Origin: Actinomycetota bacterium
GTDB lineage: Bacteria; Actinomycetota; Actinomycetes; Propionibacteriales; Nocardioidaceae
Assembly: GCA_009701885.1 (NCBI GenBank)
Contig: WLJH01000016.1
Coordinates: forward strand, 16,384-80,383
DNA length: 64,000 bases
Reading direction: 5' to 3'
Part shown: positions 36,523 through 45,395 of the stretch, piece by piece
Position numbering within the stretch: position 1 is the first letter of the stretch
Layout: each line of letters starts with the position of its first letter
The notes under the pieces: model-generated
Told to the model about the DNA's origin: nothing
Seen by the model: the letters and a program-made list of their open reading frames with translations, nothing else
The model's database searches: none
Translations under genes and position numbers: made by a program

Positions 36523-37911
36523 ATGTCCGCACCCACCTCTCCCCCGGCCCCCCGCTCGGAGCAGCCCACGGTCCGGCGTACCCGCGTCGTCGTCGTCGGC
36601 GGCGGCCAGGCCGGCCTGTCGACCAGCTGGTTCCTGGTCCGCGACGGCGTCGACCACGTCGTGCTCGAGGCCGGCACGGCCGGCCACGAGTGGTCCGACA
36701 CCCGCTGGGACGCCTTCACCCTGGTCACCCCCAACTGGCACTGCCGGCTGCCCGGCTACGCCTACGCCGGCCCCGACCCGGACGGGTTCATGACCCGCGA
36801 CCAGGTCGTGGAGTGGCTGGCCGGCTACGCCCCGACCTTCGGGCCGCCGCTGCGCGAGCACACCCGGGTCACCTCGCTCACGGAGTCCGGCGACGGCGGG
36901 TTCGTCATCGAGGCGGTGGGCCCCGACGGCCCGGAGACCTGGCACGCCGAGGCGGTGGTGGTGTGCACCGGCGGCTACCACCTGCCGATCGTGCCGCCCT
37001 GGGCCCCGGCGCTGTCGCCGACCGTCACCCAGCTCCACTCCGCCGACTACCGCTCGCCGGACCAGCTGCCCGACGGCGAGGTGCTGGTGGTCGGGTCGGG
37101 CCAGTCCGGTGCCCAGATCGCCGAGGACCTGCACCTGGCCGGGCGCCGGGTCCACCTCGCCCTCGGTGACGCCCCGCGGGTGGCGCGCTTCCACCGCGGC
37201 CGCGACTGCATGACCTGGCTGGCGGAGATGGGGCTCTACGACACCGGTGTCGCGCAGTACCCCGGCGGCGCGACGGCACGCGAAAAGACCAACCACTACG
37301 TCACCGGCCGCGACGGCGGCCGCGACATCGACCTGCGCCAGTTCGCGCGGGAGGGGATGGCCCTCTACGGCCTGCTCGAGGGCGTCGCGCCCGGCGGCAC
37401 CGAGCTGGCCTTCCGCCCGACGATGCGTGCCGCGCTGGACGCCGCCGACGACGTGTACCGCTCGATCTGCCGCGACATCGACCGCTGGATCGACGCCCAC
37501 GGCGTGGACGCGCCGCCGGCTCCGGCGTACGAGCCCGTGTGGGAGCCGGAGGCCGACCCCACCTCGCTCGACCTGACCGCGGCCGGCGTCACCAGCATCG
37601 TGTGGGCCATCGGCTACCGGCCCGACTACCGCTGGGTGCGCGCCGGGGTCTTCGACGGCTCCGGCCGCCCGACCCACACCCGTGGCGTCACGTCGGTGCC
37701 GGGGTTGTACTTCCTGGGGCTGCCGTGGCTGCACACGTGGGGCTCGGGGCGCTTCCTCGGCATCGCCGCGGACGCCGAGCACGTCACCGGCCACCTCACC
37801 GGGCGCACCGGGCCGGCGCTGACGGAGTCCGCGGCCGCCCTGGCGCGGCGGGTCTCGCCGGGCCCGATCCCCGCTGCGCTCACCGCTTCGTCCGTCGCGC
37901 TGGTCGGCTAG
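36523..37911 (+). CDS. MSMEG_0569-family flavin-dependent oxidoreductase
   Basis: VVGGGQAGL, RWDAFTLVTPNW, HSADY, VGSGQSGAQIAEDL. Confidence 0.88.
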   Translation: MSAPTSPPAPRSEQPTVRRTRVVVVGGGQAGLSTSWFLVRDGVDHVVLEAGTAGHEWSDTRWDAFTLVTPNWHCRLPGYAYAGPDPDGFMTRDQVVEWLAGYAPTFGPPLREHTRVTSLTESGDGGFVIEAVGPDGPETWHAEAVVVCTGGYHLPIVPPWAPALSPTVTQLHSADYRSPDQLPDGEVLVVGSGQSGAQIAEDLHLAGRRVHLALGDAPRVARFHRGRDCMTWLAEMGLYDTGVAQYPGGATAREKTNHYVTGRDGGRDIDLRQFAREGMALYGLLEGVAPGGTELAFRPTMRAALDAADDVYRSICRDIDRWIDAHGVDAPPAPAYEPVWEPEADPTSLDLTAAGVTSIVWAIGYRPDYRWVRAGVFDGSGRPTHTRGVTSVPGLYFLGLPWLHTWGSGRFLGIAADAEHVTGHLTGRTGPALTESAAALARRVSPGPIPAALTASSVALVG

Positions 37912-37915
37912 CCGG

Positions 37916-38803
37916 ATGGGTTGGTCGGCTGTGGGAGTCCTGCGCATCGGCGCCGTCGCCGCGCACTTCGGCCGTGACATCGAGCGCTCCCTGGCCAAGC
38001 TCGCGGGCATCGTCGCCGACGCCCGGGCCGTCGGCGTGCAGCTGCTGGTGCTGCCGGACGCCACGCTGGGCGGCTACCTCTCCGACCTGCGGCGCCCCGA
38101 TGCCACGAGCCTGCCGCCGGGCCTGTGCGAGGACTCCTCGGAGATCGAGCGGGTGCGCGCGCTGGCCGGCGACATGGTGCTGGCGCTGGGCTACACCGAG
38201 GAGACGGTGGTCGACGGCGAGCACCGGCTCTTCAACACCGCGGTCTGCCTCGACGGGTCGGGCGTGCTGGGGCGGCACCGCAAGGTGCACCGCCCCGCCG
38301 GCGAGTCCCTCGTGTACGACGCCGGCGACTCCTTCAGCGCGTTCGACACCCCGCTGGGCCGGCTCGGCATGCTCATCGACTACGACAAGACCTTCCCCGA
38401 GGCGGCCCGGACGCTGGCGATGGACGGCGCGACGGTGCTGGCCTGCCTGTCGGCCTGGCCGGCATCGGTCACCGACCGCGCCTCGCGGCTGCCGCAGGAC
38501 CGCCAGTCCCGGCTCTTCGACCTCTACGACTGCGCGCGCGCCGCGGAGAACCAGGTCGTGTGGGTCTCCTCCAACCAGACCGGCGTGATGGGCGGTCTGC
38601 GCTTCCTCGGGCAGGCCAAGGTGGTGGGCCCCGGCGGCGACGTGCTCGCACGCACCTCCTCCAAGGGCGGGCTGGCCGTCGCCGAGCTCGACCCCGGGGT
38701 CGAGGTCGCCCGGGCGCGCCGGGTCCTGCACCACCTCGCCGAGCGCACCCCCGAGGCCTACGGGGCGCTCCGGTCCGCCGACGCCGACGTCCCGGGGGCC
38801 TGA
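37916..38803 (+). CDS. second carbon-nitrogen hydrolase with altered catalytic residues
   Basis: Paralog of 35288..36229, but LPDATLGGY and LIDYD replace the Glu and Cys. Confidence 0.85.
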   Translation: MGWSAVGVLRIGAVAAHFGRDIERSLAKLAGIVADARAVGVQLLVLPDATLGGYLSDLRRPDATSLPPGLCEDSSEIERVRALAGDMVLALGYTEETVVDGEHRLFNTAVCLDGSGVLGRHRKVHRPAGESLVYDAGDSFSAFDTPLGRLGMLIDYDKTFPEAARTLAMDGATVLACLSAWPASVTDRASRLPQDRQSRLFDLYDCARAAENQVVWVSSNQTGVMGGLRFLGQAKVVGPGGDVLARTSSKGGLAVAELDPGVEVARARRVLHHLAERTPEAYGALRSADADVPGA

Positions 38804-38806
38804 GGC

Positions 38807-39916
38807 GTGCGGATCGCCCTGCTCACCTACTCCACCAAGCCCCGTGGCGGTGTGGTGCACACGCTCGCGCTCGCCGAGGCGCTGGCCGCGCTCGGCGAGA
38901 GCGTCGACGTCTGGACGCTGGGTCGGGGTGGGGACACGACGTTCTTCCGGGCGGTCGACCCGCGGGTGGGTGTGCGGGCGGTGCCCTTCCCCGAGGTCGA
39001 CGGCGAGGACGTCGGGGAGCGCATCGTGCGCTCGATCGAGGTGCTGCGCTCCGCGTTCGCCGCCGAGCGGGACCGCTACGACGTCGTGCACGCCCAGGAC
39101 TGCATCAGCGCCAACGCCGCACTCCCCTGCGTGCGCACCATCCACCACCTCGACACGTTCACGACGCCGGCGCTCGTGGCCTGCCACGAGCGGGCGGTCG
39201 TCGAGCCGAGCACCCGGGTCTGCGTGTCGGCCGCGGTGGCCGAGGAGGTGCGTCGCGGCTGGGGGCTGGAGCCGGCGGTCATCCCCAACGGGGTCGATGC
39301 TGCGCGCTTCGCCGCGGCCGCGACCGACCACGAGGGGCGCGCGGGGTGGCGCGAGCGCATCGGTGCGCCGTACGTCCTCGCGCTGGGCGGGATCGAGCCG
39401 CGCAAGGGCACGCTCGACCTGCTCGAGGCGTACGCCGCGATGGTCCGCTCCCAGCCCGACCTCGGCCACGTCCGGCTGGTGCTCGGCGGCGGCGAGACGC
39501 TCTTCGACTACCGCGACTACCGTGCGGCCTTCGACGCCCGCGCCGCCGAGCTCGCCGAGGAGCTCGGCACGGAGCCGCTGGTACTGGGACCCGTCGAGGA
39601 CCCGGCGCTGCCATCGCTGGTGGCCGAGGCGTCGGCGCTGGGTTTCGTCTCCACCAAGGAGGGCTTCGGCCTCGCCGCCATGGAGGCGCTTGCCGCCGGG
39701 GTGCCGGTGGTCGCCCGCGACCTGCCGGTGCTGCGGGAGGTCCTGGGGACGACCGTGTCCTTCGCCGCCGACGTCCCTGCCATCGCCGCAGCACTGGCCG
39801 CGGCGCTGCGCACGCCCGGCGACCCGGCCCCGGGGCAGGCCCTGGCAGGGTCCTACACCTGGGAGCGGGCCGCGCGGGCGCATCTGGCGCTCTACCGCGA
39901 GGTCGTCGACGCCTGA
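38807..39916 (+). CDS. MSMEG_0565-family GT4 glycosyltransferase
   Basis: YSTKPRGGVVH, GGIEPRKG, EGFGLAAMEA. Confidence 0.9.
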   Translation: MRIALLTYSTKPRGGVVHTLALAEALAALGESVDVWTLGRGGDTTFFRAVDPRVGVRAVPFPEVDGEDVGERIVRSIEVLRSAFAAERDRYDVVHAQDCISANAALPCVRTIHHLDTFTTPALVACHERAVVEPSTRVCVSAAVAEEVRRGWGLEPAVIPNGVDAARFAAAATDHEGRAGWRERIGAPYVLALGGIEPRKGTLDLLEAYAAMVRSQPDLGHVRLVLGGGETLFDYRDYRAAFDARAAELAEELGTEPLVLGPVEDPALPSLVAEASALGFVSTKEGFGLAAMEALAAGVPVVARDLPVLREVLGTTVSFAADVPAIAAALAAALRTPGDPAPGQALAGSYTWERAARAHLALYREVVDA

Positions 39917-39948
39917 GGCCTCACCGGGCGGAACTCACCGGACGAGCC

Positions 39949-41010
39949 TCACTGGGCGGCGACCACGACCTTGCCGATGGTGCGGCCGCTCTCGACCTGC
40001 CGGTGCGCGGCACGGAGCTGCTCGGCGTCGATCGGGCGCAGGACGGTGGTGGCGGTGCTGCGCACCCGACCCTCGTCGACCAGCGCGGCCACGTCGGTCA
40101 GCGGGCGGTGCTGGGCGAGCTGGCCGTCGCCGCCGGCGATGGGGCGGGTGAACATCAGCTCCCAGTGGAAGCTGATCGACTTCGACTTCAGGAACGCGAT
40201 GTCGAGGGTCTCGGGGTCGTCGATGGCCACGATCTGGCCGAAGGGGTTGAGCACGTCGACGTAGAGCTCGAGCTGGTCCGGGTCGGCGACGCGGGCGGTG
40301 AACACCCAGTCGACACCGTCGGGGGCGGCCTCGACGATCTGGCCCCGCAGGTCGCCGGCGCGGTGGTTGACCGTCGCCTCGGCGCCGAGGCCGCGCACCC
40401 ACGCCTCGGACTCCTCGGGCGAGCTGGTGCCGACGACACGGACGCCGGGCAGCAGCGCCTCGGCCAGCTGCAGCACCATCGAGCCGACGCCACCTCTGGC
40501 GCCGACGACCAGGAGCGTGCCGGTGCTGGCCTCGGTGAGGCGCAGCTTCTCGAAGAGGCCCTCCCACGCGGTGATGGCCGTGAGCGGCAGGGCCGCCGCG
40601 TTGGCGAAGGAGAGGCTGCGCGGCTTGCGGGCCACGATCCGCTCGTCGACCACGTGGAGCTCGGCGTTGGTGCCCGGGCGCAGGATGTCGCCGGCGTACC
40701 AGACCTCGTCGCCGGGCTGGAAGAGCGTGACGTCCTCGCCGACCTCGACGACGACGCCCGCGGCGTCGAAGCCGAGGACCCGGGCGCCATCGGGGTCGCC
40801 ACCGCCGCGGACCTTGACGTCGACGGGGTTCACCGACACCGCGCGGACCTCGACGAGGAGGTCACGGGCGCCGGGGACGGGGCGGGGCAGCTCGACGTCG
40901 ACCTGGCTGGCCGGGTCGTCGACGGGCAGGCTGCGGGTGAAGGCGACGGCCCGCATCGTGGCGGCGGCCGGGTGGTCGGACGGGGCAGTGGCGTGGATGT
41001 CAGTGGTCAT
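39949..41010 (-). CDS. zinc-binding-dehydrogenase-family (quinone-type) oxidoreductase
   Basis: VSVNPVDVK, GFDAAG, LPLTAITAWE, GGVGS, GKVVV. Start 41010 or 40956. Confidence 0.88.
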   Translation of the reverse strand: MTTDIHATAPSDHPAAATMRAVAFTRSLPVDDPASQVDVELPRPVPGARDLLVEVRAVSVNPVDVKVRGGGDPDGARVLGFDAAGVVVEVGEDVTLFQPGDEVWYAGDILRPGTNAELHVVDERIVARKPRSLSFANAAALPLTAITAWEGLFEKLRLTEASTGTLLVVGARGGVGSMVLQLAEALLPGVRVVGTSSPEESEAWVRGLGAEATVNHRAGDLRGQIVEAAPDGVDWVFTARVADPDQLELYVDVLNPFGQIVAIDDPETLDIAFLKSKSISFHWELMFTRPIAGGDGQLAQHRPLTDVAALVDEGRVRSTATTVLRPIDAEQLRAAHRQVESGRTIGKVVVAAQ

Positions 41011-41049
41011 GCGTCGAGAGGCGGCGCAGGTTGCCGGGGTTGCGGCGGT

Positions 41050-41291
41050 GGCCCATCGACCTGCCACTGGTCGAACAGGAGGGGCGGCTCCCCCGCGAAC
41101 AGTTCCTGAGGGTCGAGATCCAGCTGGGCGCGAGCGACTGCGTCCTCATCGAGCCGGATGATGGTGCCGGCGCGCTGGGAGGCCGTAGCGGTCTTCCCGC
41201 ACGCCTTCGGCCCCTCGGTCAGGACCGCGCCCATCACCGCGAGCCGCGTCTCCAGCTCCCGGTCCGCGACGCGGGGGACGTAGTTCACCAC
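41050..41291 (-). pseudogene. truncated AAA-family ATPase (AAA_14/DUF4143 type), N-terminal fragment
   Basis: YVPRVADREL, GAVLTEGPKACGKT (Walker A), LLFDQWQ, then low-complexity sequence and a stop at 94 aa. Confidence 0.7.
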
Positions 41292-41718
41292 TCGCTAACT
41301 CCAGCTATTGCGCAGCTGTAAGTCGAACTTTTGCGGGGCATGAGTTCGAAGATTCACGGAGCGAAGTGCCGCCCGGTCCCCGCAGCACGTGTCAGGTTCA
41401 CCGACGGCGGCGACTCGAGGCCCTTCGACCGACGGCGGCAGTGGCGGCCGATAGATGTCCGGCCCCTTTCGGCCCCAACTGATGGTCGGTGGACAGCGGC
41501 AGATCCGGGCGGTCACGGCTCGGATGGTTCGGTTCATCGAGGAACTGCCCTCTTCGCGGGCCAGCGTCGAGCGCCTTCCGGGCCCGATTCCGTACGCCTG
41601 CAGGCCGCCTCGGCGGCGCCCTCTTCGGAGCAACTGTGCCCGAAGAGTGCCTGCAGCCGGATCCGGACACCTCGGTGGCTGATCAACAACCGATGTTGAC
41701 GGCCCTGGCAACGACGAA

Positions 41719-41746
41719 GCCCCAGGTCAGCGGGCTGACCTGGGGC
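41719..41746 (-). terminator. hairpin downstream of the tRNA 3' fragment
   Basis: gccccaggtcagc / gctgacctggggc 13-bp stem, followed by ttcgtcgt on the minus strand. Confidence 0.7.
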
Positions 41747-41756
41747 CTGATCGATC

Positions 41757-41800
41757 TGCGCGCCTGTAGGGATTCGAACCCCAAACCTTCTGATCCGTAG
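41757..41800 (-). mobile_element. att site: 3' half of tRNA-Arg(ACG), genomic island boundary
   Basis: Minus strand CTACGGATCAGAAGGTTTGGGGTTCGAATCCCTACAGGCGCGCA gives anticodon loop (ACG), T arm and acceptor 3' strand. The 5' half is absent. Confidence 0.88.
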
Positions 41801-41816
41801 AGATCCGGTTTTGCGC

Positions 41817-41842
41817 CTGTGAGCGTGGATCCACGCTCACAG
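41817..41842. repeat. 26-bp perfect palindrome beside att
   Basis: ctgtgagcgtgga-tccacgctcacag. Confidence 0.8.
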
Positions 41843-41885
41843 TGACGTCCGAATCAGGTCGATCTGGGTGGATCTACGCCTCCGC

Positions 41886-41904
41886 TGTGCCCGTAGTGTG
41901 CCCG
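41886..41904. repeat. direct repeat, candidate integrase arm-type sites
   Basis: TGTGCCCG at 41886-41893 and 41897-41904 (11-bp period), about 85 bp inside the att site. Confidence 0.55.
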
Positions 41905-42089
41905 ATCGTGAACTTGTGAACCGCTGTAGCGACCCATGCCCCGGGGTGAGTCCCCTGGAGTGGTGGAAGTAGCAGCCCGGCTCGAGCACGGACCAGCCCT
42001 CCTGTGAGTGTCGGTCCAGGACGAGGGCGGGCCATCGCGTGAGGCTCTGCGAGAAGGCTCTAATCAACTCGTAGAACAGGACTCACGCG

Positions 42090-42397
42090 ATGACCCTGAA
42101 CCAGTCTGCCCTGCTCGAGCTCACCCAGATGCTGCGCACCGCTGATGGCGGCGATGCGATGCGATGCGTCAGATGCTCGGGTTCATGCTCCAAGCCCTCG
42201 TCGACGCCGAGGCCACCGCTGCGATCGGCGCAGCTCCGCACGAGCGGACCGAAGACCGCGTTGCGCACCGCAATGGCACCCGGTCCGAAACGGTCTCGAC
42301 GACAGCCGGCGACCTGAGCGTGAGGATTCCCAAGCTCCGCACCGGGTCGTTCTTCCCGACCCTGCTCGAGCCACGCCGCCGCGTCGACGTGGCGCTG
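42090..42397 (+). pseudogene. IS256-family transposase 5' fragment, frameshifted
   Basis: MTLNQSALLEL..., then after a GCGAT x3 run (42151-42165): LQALVDAEATAAIGA...RNG...TTAGDLSVRIPKLRTGSFFPTLLEPRRRVD. Confidence 0.88.
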
Positions 42398-42715
42398 CGC
42401 CCCGGTGGCCTCGCGATCAGCGTGGTGGGTCCCCCTGACCCGGCCTTCGCAGCCCAGCTGGGCAAGCCGCTGCTGCGCCCCGTCATGGCGCTCATGAGCC
42501 GCGGGGTCCGTCGCCGGGCCGCGAAGCTCGGGGTGCGCTACTCGTTCCTCTTCATGCGCGCCAGCGGCGAGCAGCTGGCCACGCTGGCGGCGTTGTACGA
42601 CGACGGCACCCTGCGTCCTGTCCTCGACCGCACCTTCGACTTCGACGACACCCTCGAGGCCGTGGCCCACGTGGAGCAGGGTCGCGCACGCGGCAAGGTC
42701 GTCATCACGCAGTGA
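42398..42715 (+). pseudogene. 3' fragment of NADP-dependent (Zn-ADH-like) oxidoreductase fused to the IS remnant
   Basis: RPGGLAISVVGPPD...YSFLFMRASGEQL...LRPVLDRTFDF...RARGKVVI. Confidence 0.8.
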
Positions 42716-42774
42716 CGTCGTCGCACGACCCCTGACCCTCGCCGCTGGACGCGGGGAGCCAGGTGGCCGTCGCG

Positions 42775-42818
42775 CGGGCGGGGGCGTGCGTCTGCGTGGA
42801 GAGGGCGCCCCCGCCCGC
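42775..42818 (-). terminator. hairpin after the island GMC gene
   Basis: gcgggcgggggcg / cgcccccgcccgc. Confidence 0.55.
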
Positions 42819-42830
42819 AGCGGCGTGTGC

Positions 42831-44402
42831 CTACATGCCGTCCTTGATCAGCTCAGCGGCCTTCTCGCCGATGAGCATGGTCGGCGCGTGCGTGTTGCCG
42901 TGGGTGACCTTCGGCATGGCCGAGGCGTCCACGACCCGCAGGCCCTCGACCCCACGGACCCGCAGGCGAGCGTCGAGGACGCCCTCGCCCTCGACGCCGA
43001 TCCGCGCGGTGCAGCTCGCGTGGTAGGTGTGCTCCACGCCCGCCCGGACGGCCTGCTCGAGCTCCGTGCGGGTGCTGAACTTCTCGCCGGGGTGGATCTC
43101 GCGGCCGCCGTACAGCGCACGGTCGGCCAGCACCTGCCTCGCGCGCTCGATGCCGTCGATCATCGACGTCATGTCGTCGGGGTCCTCGAAGTAGTTGTTG
43201 CAGACCAGCGGCTTGCGCTCGGGGTCGGACGAGGCCAGCTTGACCCAGCCCTCCGACCGGGCACCGACCAGCGAGAGCCCGATGGCCAGGGCCTGGCCGT
43301 CGTACGTCGCGGCACCGTGCTCCCAGAAGTAGACCGGCGCCCCGATCATCTGCATGGCAGGAGCGTCGTCCTCCACGCTGGTGTGGAAGAAAGCGCCGGC
43401 CTCGCCGACGTTGGAGGTCAGCATGCCCTTGCGCCGGAGCAGGTACTTCACGAGCTCGGCCGGCTTCTCGGCGAAGGCCAGGTTGTCCCGGTCGTTGGTG
43501 TCCACGTTGACCAGATACATCGGGTGGTCCATCAGGTGCGCACCCACGTGCGGGTTGTCCACGACGGTCTCGATGCCGTGCTCGGCCAGGTGCGCGCTCG
43601 GCCCGATCCCCGAGAGCATCAGGAGGTGGGGGGTGTTGTAGGCACCAGCGCTGAGCACGACCTCGCGGCGCGCTCGGAAGGTCTCGATCTTCCCGTCCAC
43701 CCGGGCCACGACGCCGGTGGCGCGGCCGTTCTCGATCAGTACGCGGTGGACGAGCGCCTTCGGGGTGATGGTGAGGTTAGACTGCTTGCGGTGCGGGGCC
43801 AGGTAGCCGTCGTACGTCGTCCACCGCTGACCTCGGCGGGTGAACCGCTGGTACATCGAGGCGCCCTCCTGCTTGGCGCCGTTGAAGTCATCGGTGTGGC
43901 CGATCCCGGCGCGGACCATCGCCTCGACCATGACGCGCGACATCTCGCGGGCGTCAGGGGCATCCTCGATGTACTGCGGACCCGAGGAGCCGTGGAACTC
44001 GTCAGCACCGCGGCTGTTGTTCTCCATCCGACGGAAGAGCGGGAGGACCTCGTCGTAGGACCAGCCGTCGGCTCCAGCCTTGGCCCAGCCGTCGTAGTCG
44101 GCGCGGTTGCCGCGGATGTAGATCATCGCGTTCATGCCGCTGGAGCCGCCGAGCATCTTGCCGCGGGGCTGGTAGATCCGGCGTCCGTCGAGGTGCGGCT
44201 CGGGCTCGGAGTGGTAGTCCCAGTCGGTCGCCCCGTGGAATTGCTTGGCGAAGGCCGCCGGGATCTGCACGTTCAGATTGGGACGGCTGCGTCCGCCGGC
44301 CTCGAGGACCAGGACCGAGGTCCCCGGGTCCTCACTCAGCCGCCCGGCGAGGACAGCGCCCCCCGAACCACTTCCCACCACGATGTAGTCGAACTCGCGC
44401 AT
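42831..44402 (-). CDS. GMC-family oxidoreductase (AlkJ/choline dehydrogenase-like)
   Basis: [40 protein letters not shown]. Confidence 0.93.
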   Translation of the reverse strand: MREFDYIVVGSGSGGAVLAGRLSEDPGTSVLVLEAGGRSRPNLNVQIPAAFAKQFHGATDWDYHSEPEPHLDGRRIYQPRGKMLGGSSGMNAMIYIRGNRADYDGWAKAGADGWSYDEVLPLFRRMENNSRGADEFHGSSGPQYIEDAPDAREMSRVMVEAMVRAGIGHTDDFNGAKQEGASMYQRFTRRGQRWTTYDGYLAPHRKQSNLTITPKALVHRVLIENGRATGVVARVDGKIETFRARREVVLSAGAYNTPHLLMLSGIGPSAHLAEHGIETVVDNPHVGAHLMDHPMYLVNVDTNDRDNLAFAEKPAELVKYLLRRKGMLTSNVGEAGAFFHTSVEDDAPAMQMIGAPVYFWEHGAATYDGQALAIGLSLVGARSEGWVKLASSDPERKPLVCNNYFEDPDDMTSMIDGIERARQVLADRALYGGREIHPGEKFSTRTELEQAVRAGVEHTYHASCTARIGVEGEGVLDARLRVRGVEGLRVVDASAMPKVTHGNTHAPTMLIGEKAAELIKDGM

Positions 44403-44534
44403 GTCCAGCCCCTGACGTCGTCCTGTGTTGTGATGACCACCTCATGGTCACGCCTCGCGGCGCCTCCCGCTTGTCTGCAGGAACAAGGCATCGACGAGGA
44501 ATTGGGCGCCGTGCACAGAGCCTGCAGCCGCGGC

Positions 44535-45395
44535 TCACGACGCCTGCGGCGCGAGGAGGAAGCGGGAGACTCGCGGCCCGAGGTCGTCGGCACTCGTGAC
44601 CAGGCCCAGGTGCCCGTCCGCGTAGACGTGGAGCTCGGAGCGACGGATGAGCGCCTTCATGATCCGGGCGTTCACCAGGGGGATGATCGGATCGTCGTCG
44701 CCGGCGAGGATGAGGGTGCGCTGTCGGATCAGGGGCAGCCCGGGAAGGCTGCTCCAACCGCACCCTGCGAGGAGCTGGGACAGGTACCCCCAGCTGCTGT
44801 CCGCGCCTGGACGAGCGCCGAGCACCTGGCCCGCGAGCTCGGGCATAAGCCGCATCTTGCCGCCGTAGAGCTGGGCGGCCACCTCACGGGCGTAGGCGGC
44901 GTCGCGGTAGCGGTGCGGGGTCACCATCTTCGACAGCACCCGAGGGTGACCCGGGACCATGATCGAGCCCGTGGCCGTCGCGACCAGGACGAGCCGGCGC
45001 AGGGAGCACGGCTGCTGGAAGGCCATCTGCTGCGCCAGCCCCCCACCCCACGAGATGCCGAGCACGTCGTACGTCGGGTGGCCGAGCTGGCGGGCCAGCC
45101 GGCGCACGAGCTCGGCGAGCATCCACATCGTGTAGGGCACGGGCACGCTGGGCGACCCGCCCACGCCGGGGACGTCGAAGCGGATCACCTCGATCCGGGG
45201 GTCGATGTGGTCCACGAAGGCGTCGAGCAGCTCCAGCCGGGCCCCGATGCCGTTCACCAGCACGAGAGGGGGCTGCTCCGGGTCCGTCCCGGGTCGTACG
45301 GCGACGCGCAACCCGATCCCGTGGACCTCCACGATCCCCGGCGGGAGGGCCGCCGGGCCCGGTGCCTCAGCCTGGTGCTGCTGACGCCCCGTCAT
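44535..45395 (-). CDS. phaZ: poly(3-hydroxyalkanoate) depolymerase, PhaZ-like alpha/beta hydrolase
   Basis: NGIGARLE, FDVPGVGGS, lipase box GISWGG, GDDDPII, GHLGL. Coupled to phaC. Confidence 0.85.
   Translation of the reverse strand: MTGRQQHQAEAPGPAALPPGIVEVHGIGLRVAVRPGTDPEQPPLVLVNGIGARLELLDAFVDHIDPRIEVIRFDVPGVGGSPSVPVPYTMWMLAELVRRLARQLGHPTYDVLGISWGGGLAQQMAFQQPCSLRRLVLVATATGSIMVPGHPRVLSKMVTPHRYRDAAYAREVAAQLYGGKMRLMPELAGQVLGARPGADSSWGYLSQLLAGCGWSSLPGLPLIRQRTLILAGDDDPIIPLVNARIMKALIRRSELHVYADGHLGLVTSADDLGPRVSRFLLAPQAS

Noticed and set aside
41757-41800. Functional tRNA-Arg gene
   Set aside because: The 5' acceptor strand, D arm and 5' anticodon stem are missing, so it is treated as an att remnant.
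41295-42067. Short ORFs around the att site (41331..41699, 41489..41800, 41837..42067)
   Set aside because: No RBS or motifs, atypical composition, and overlap with att structures.
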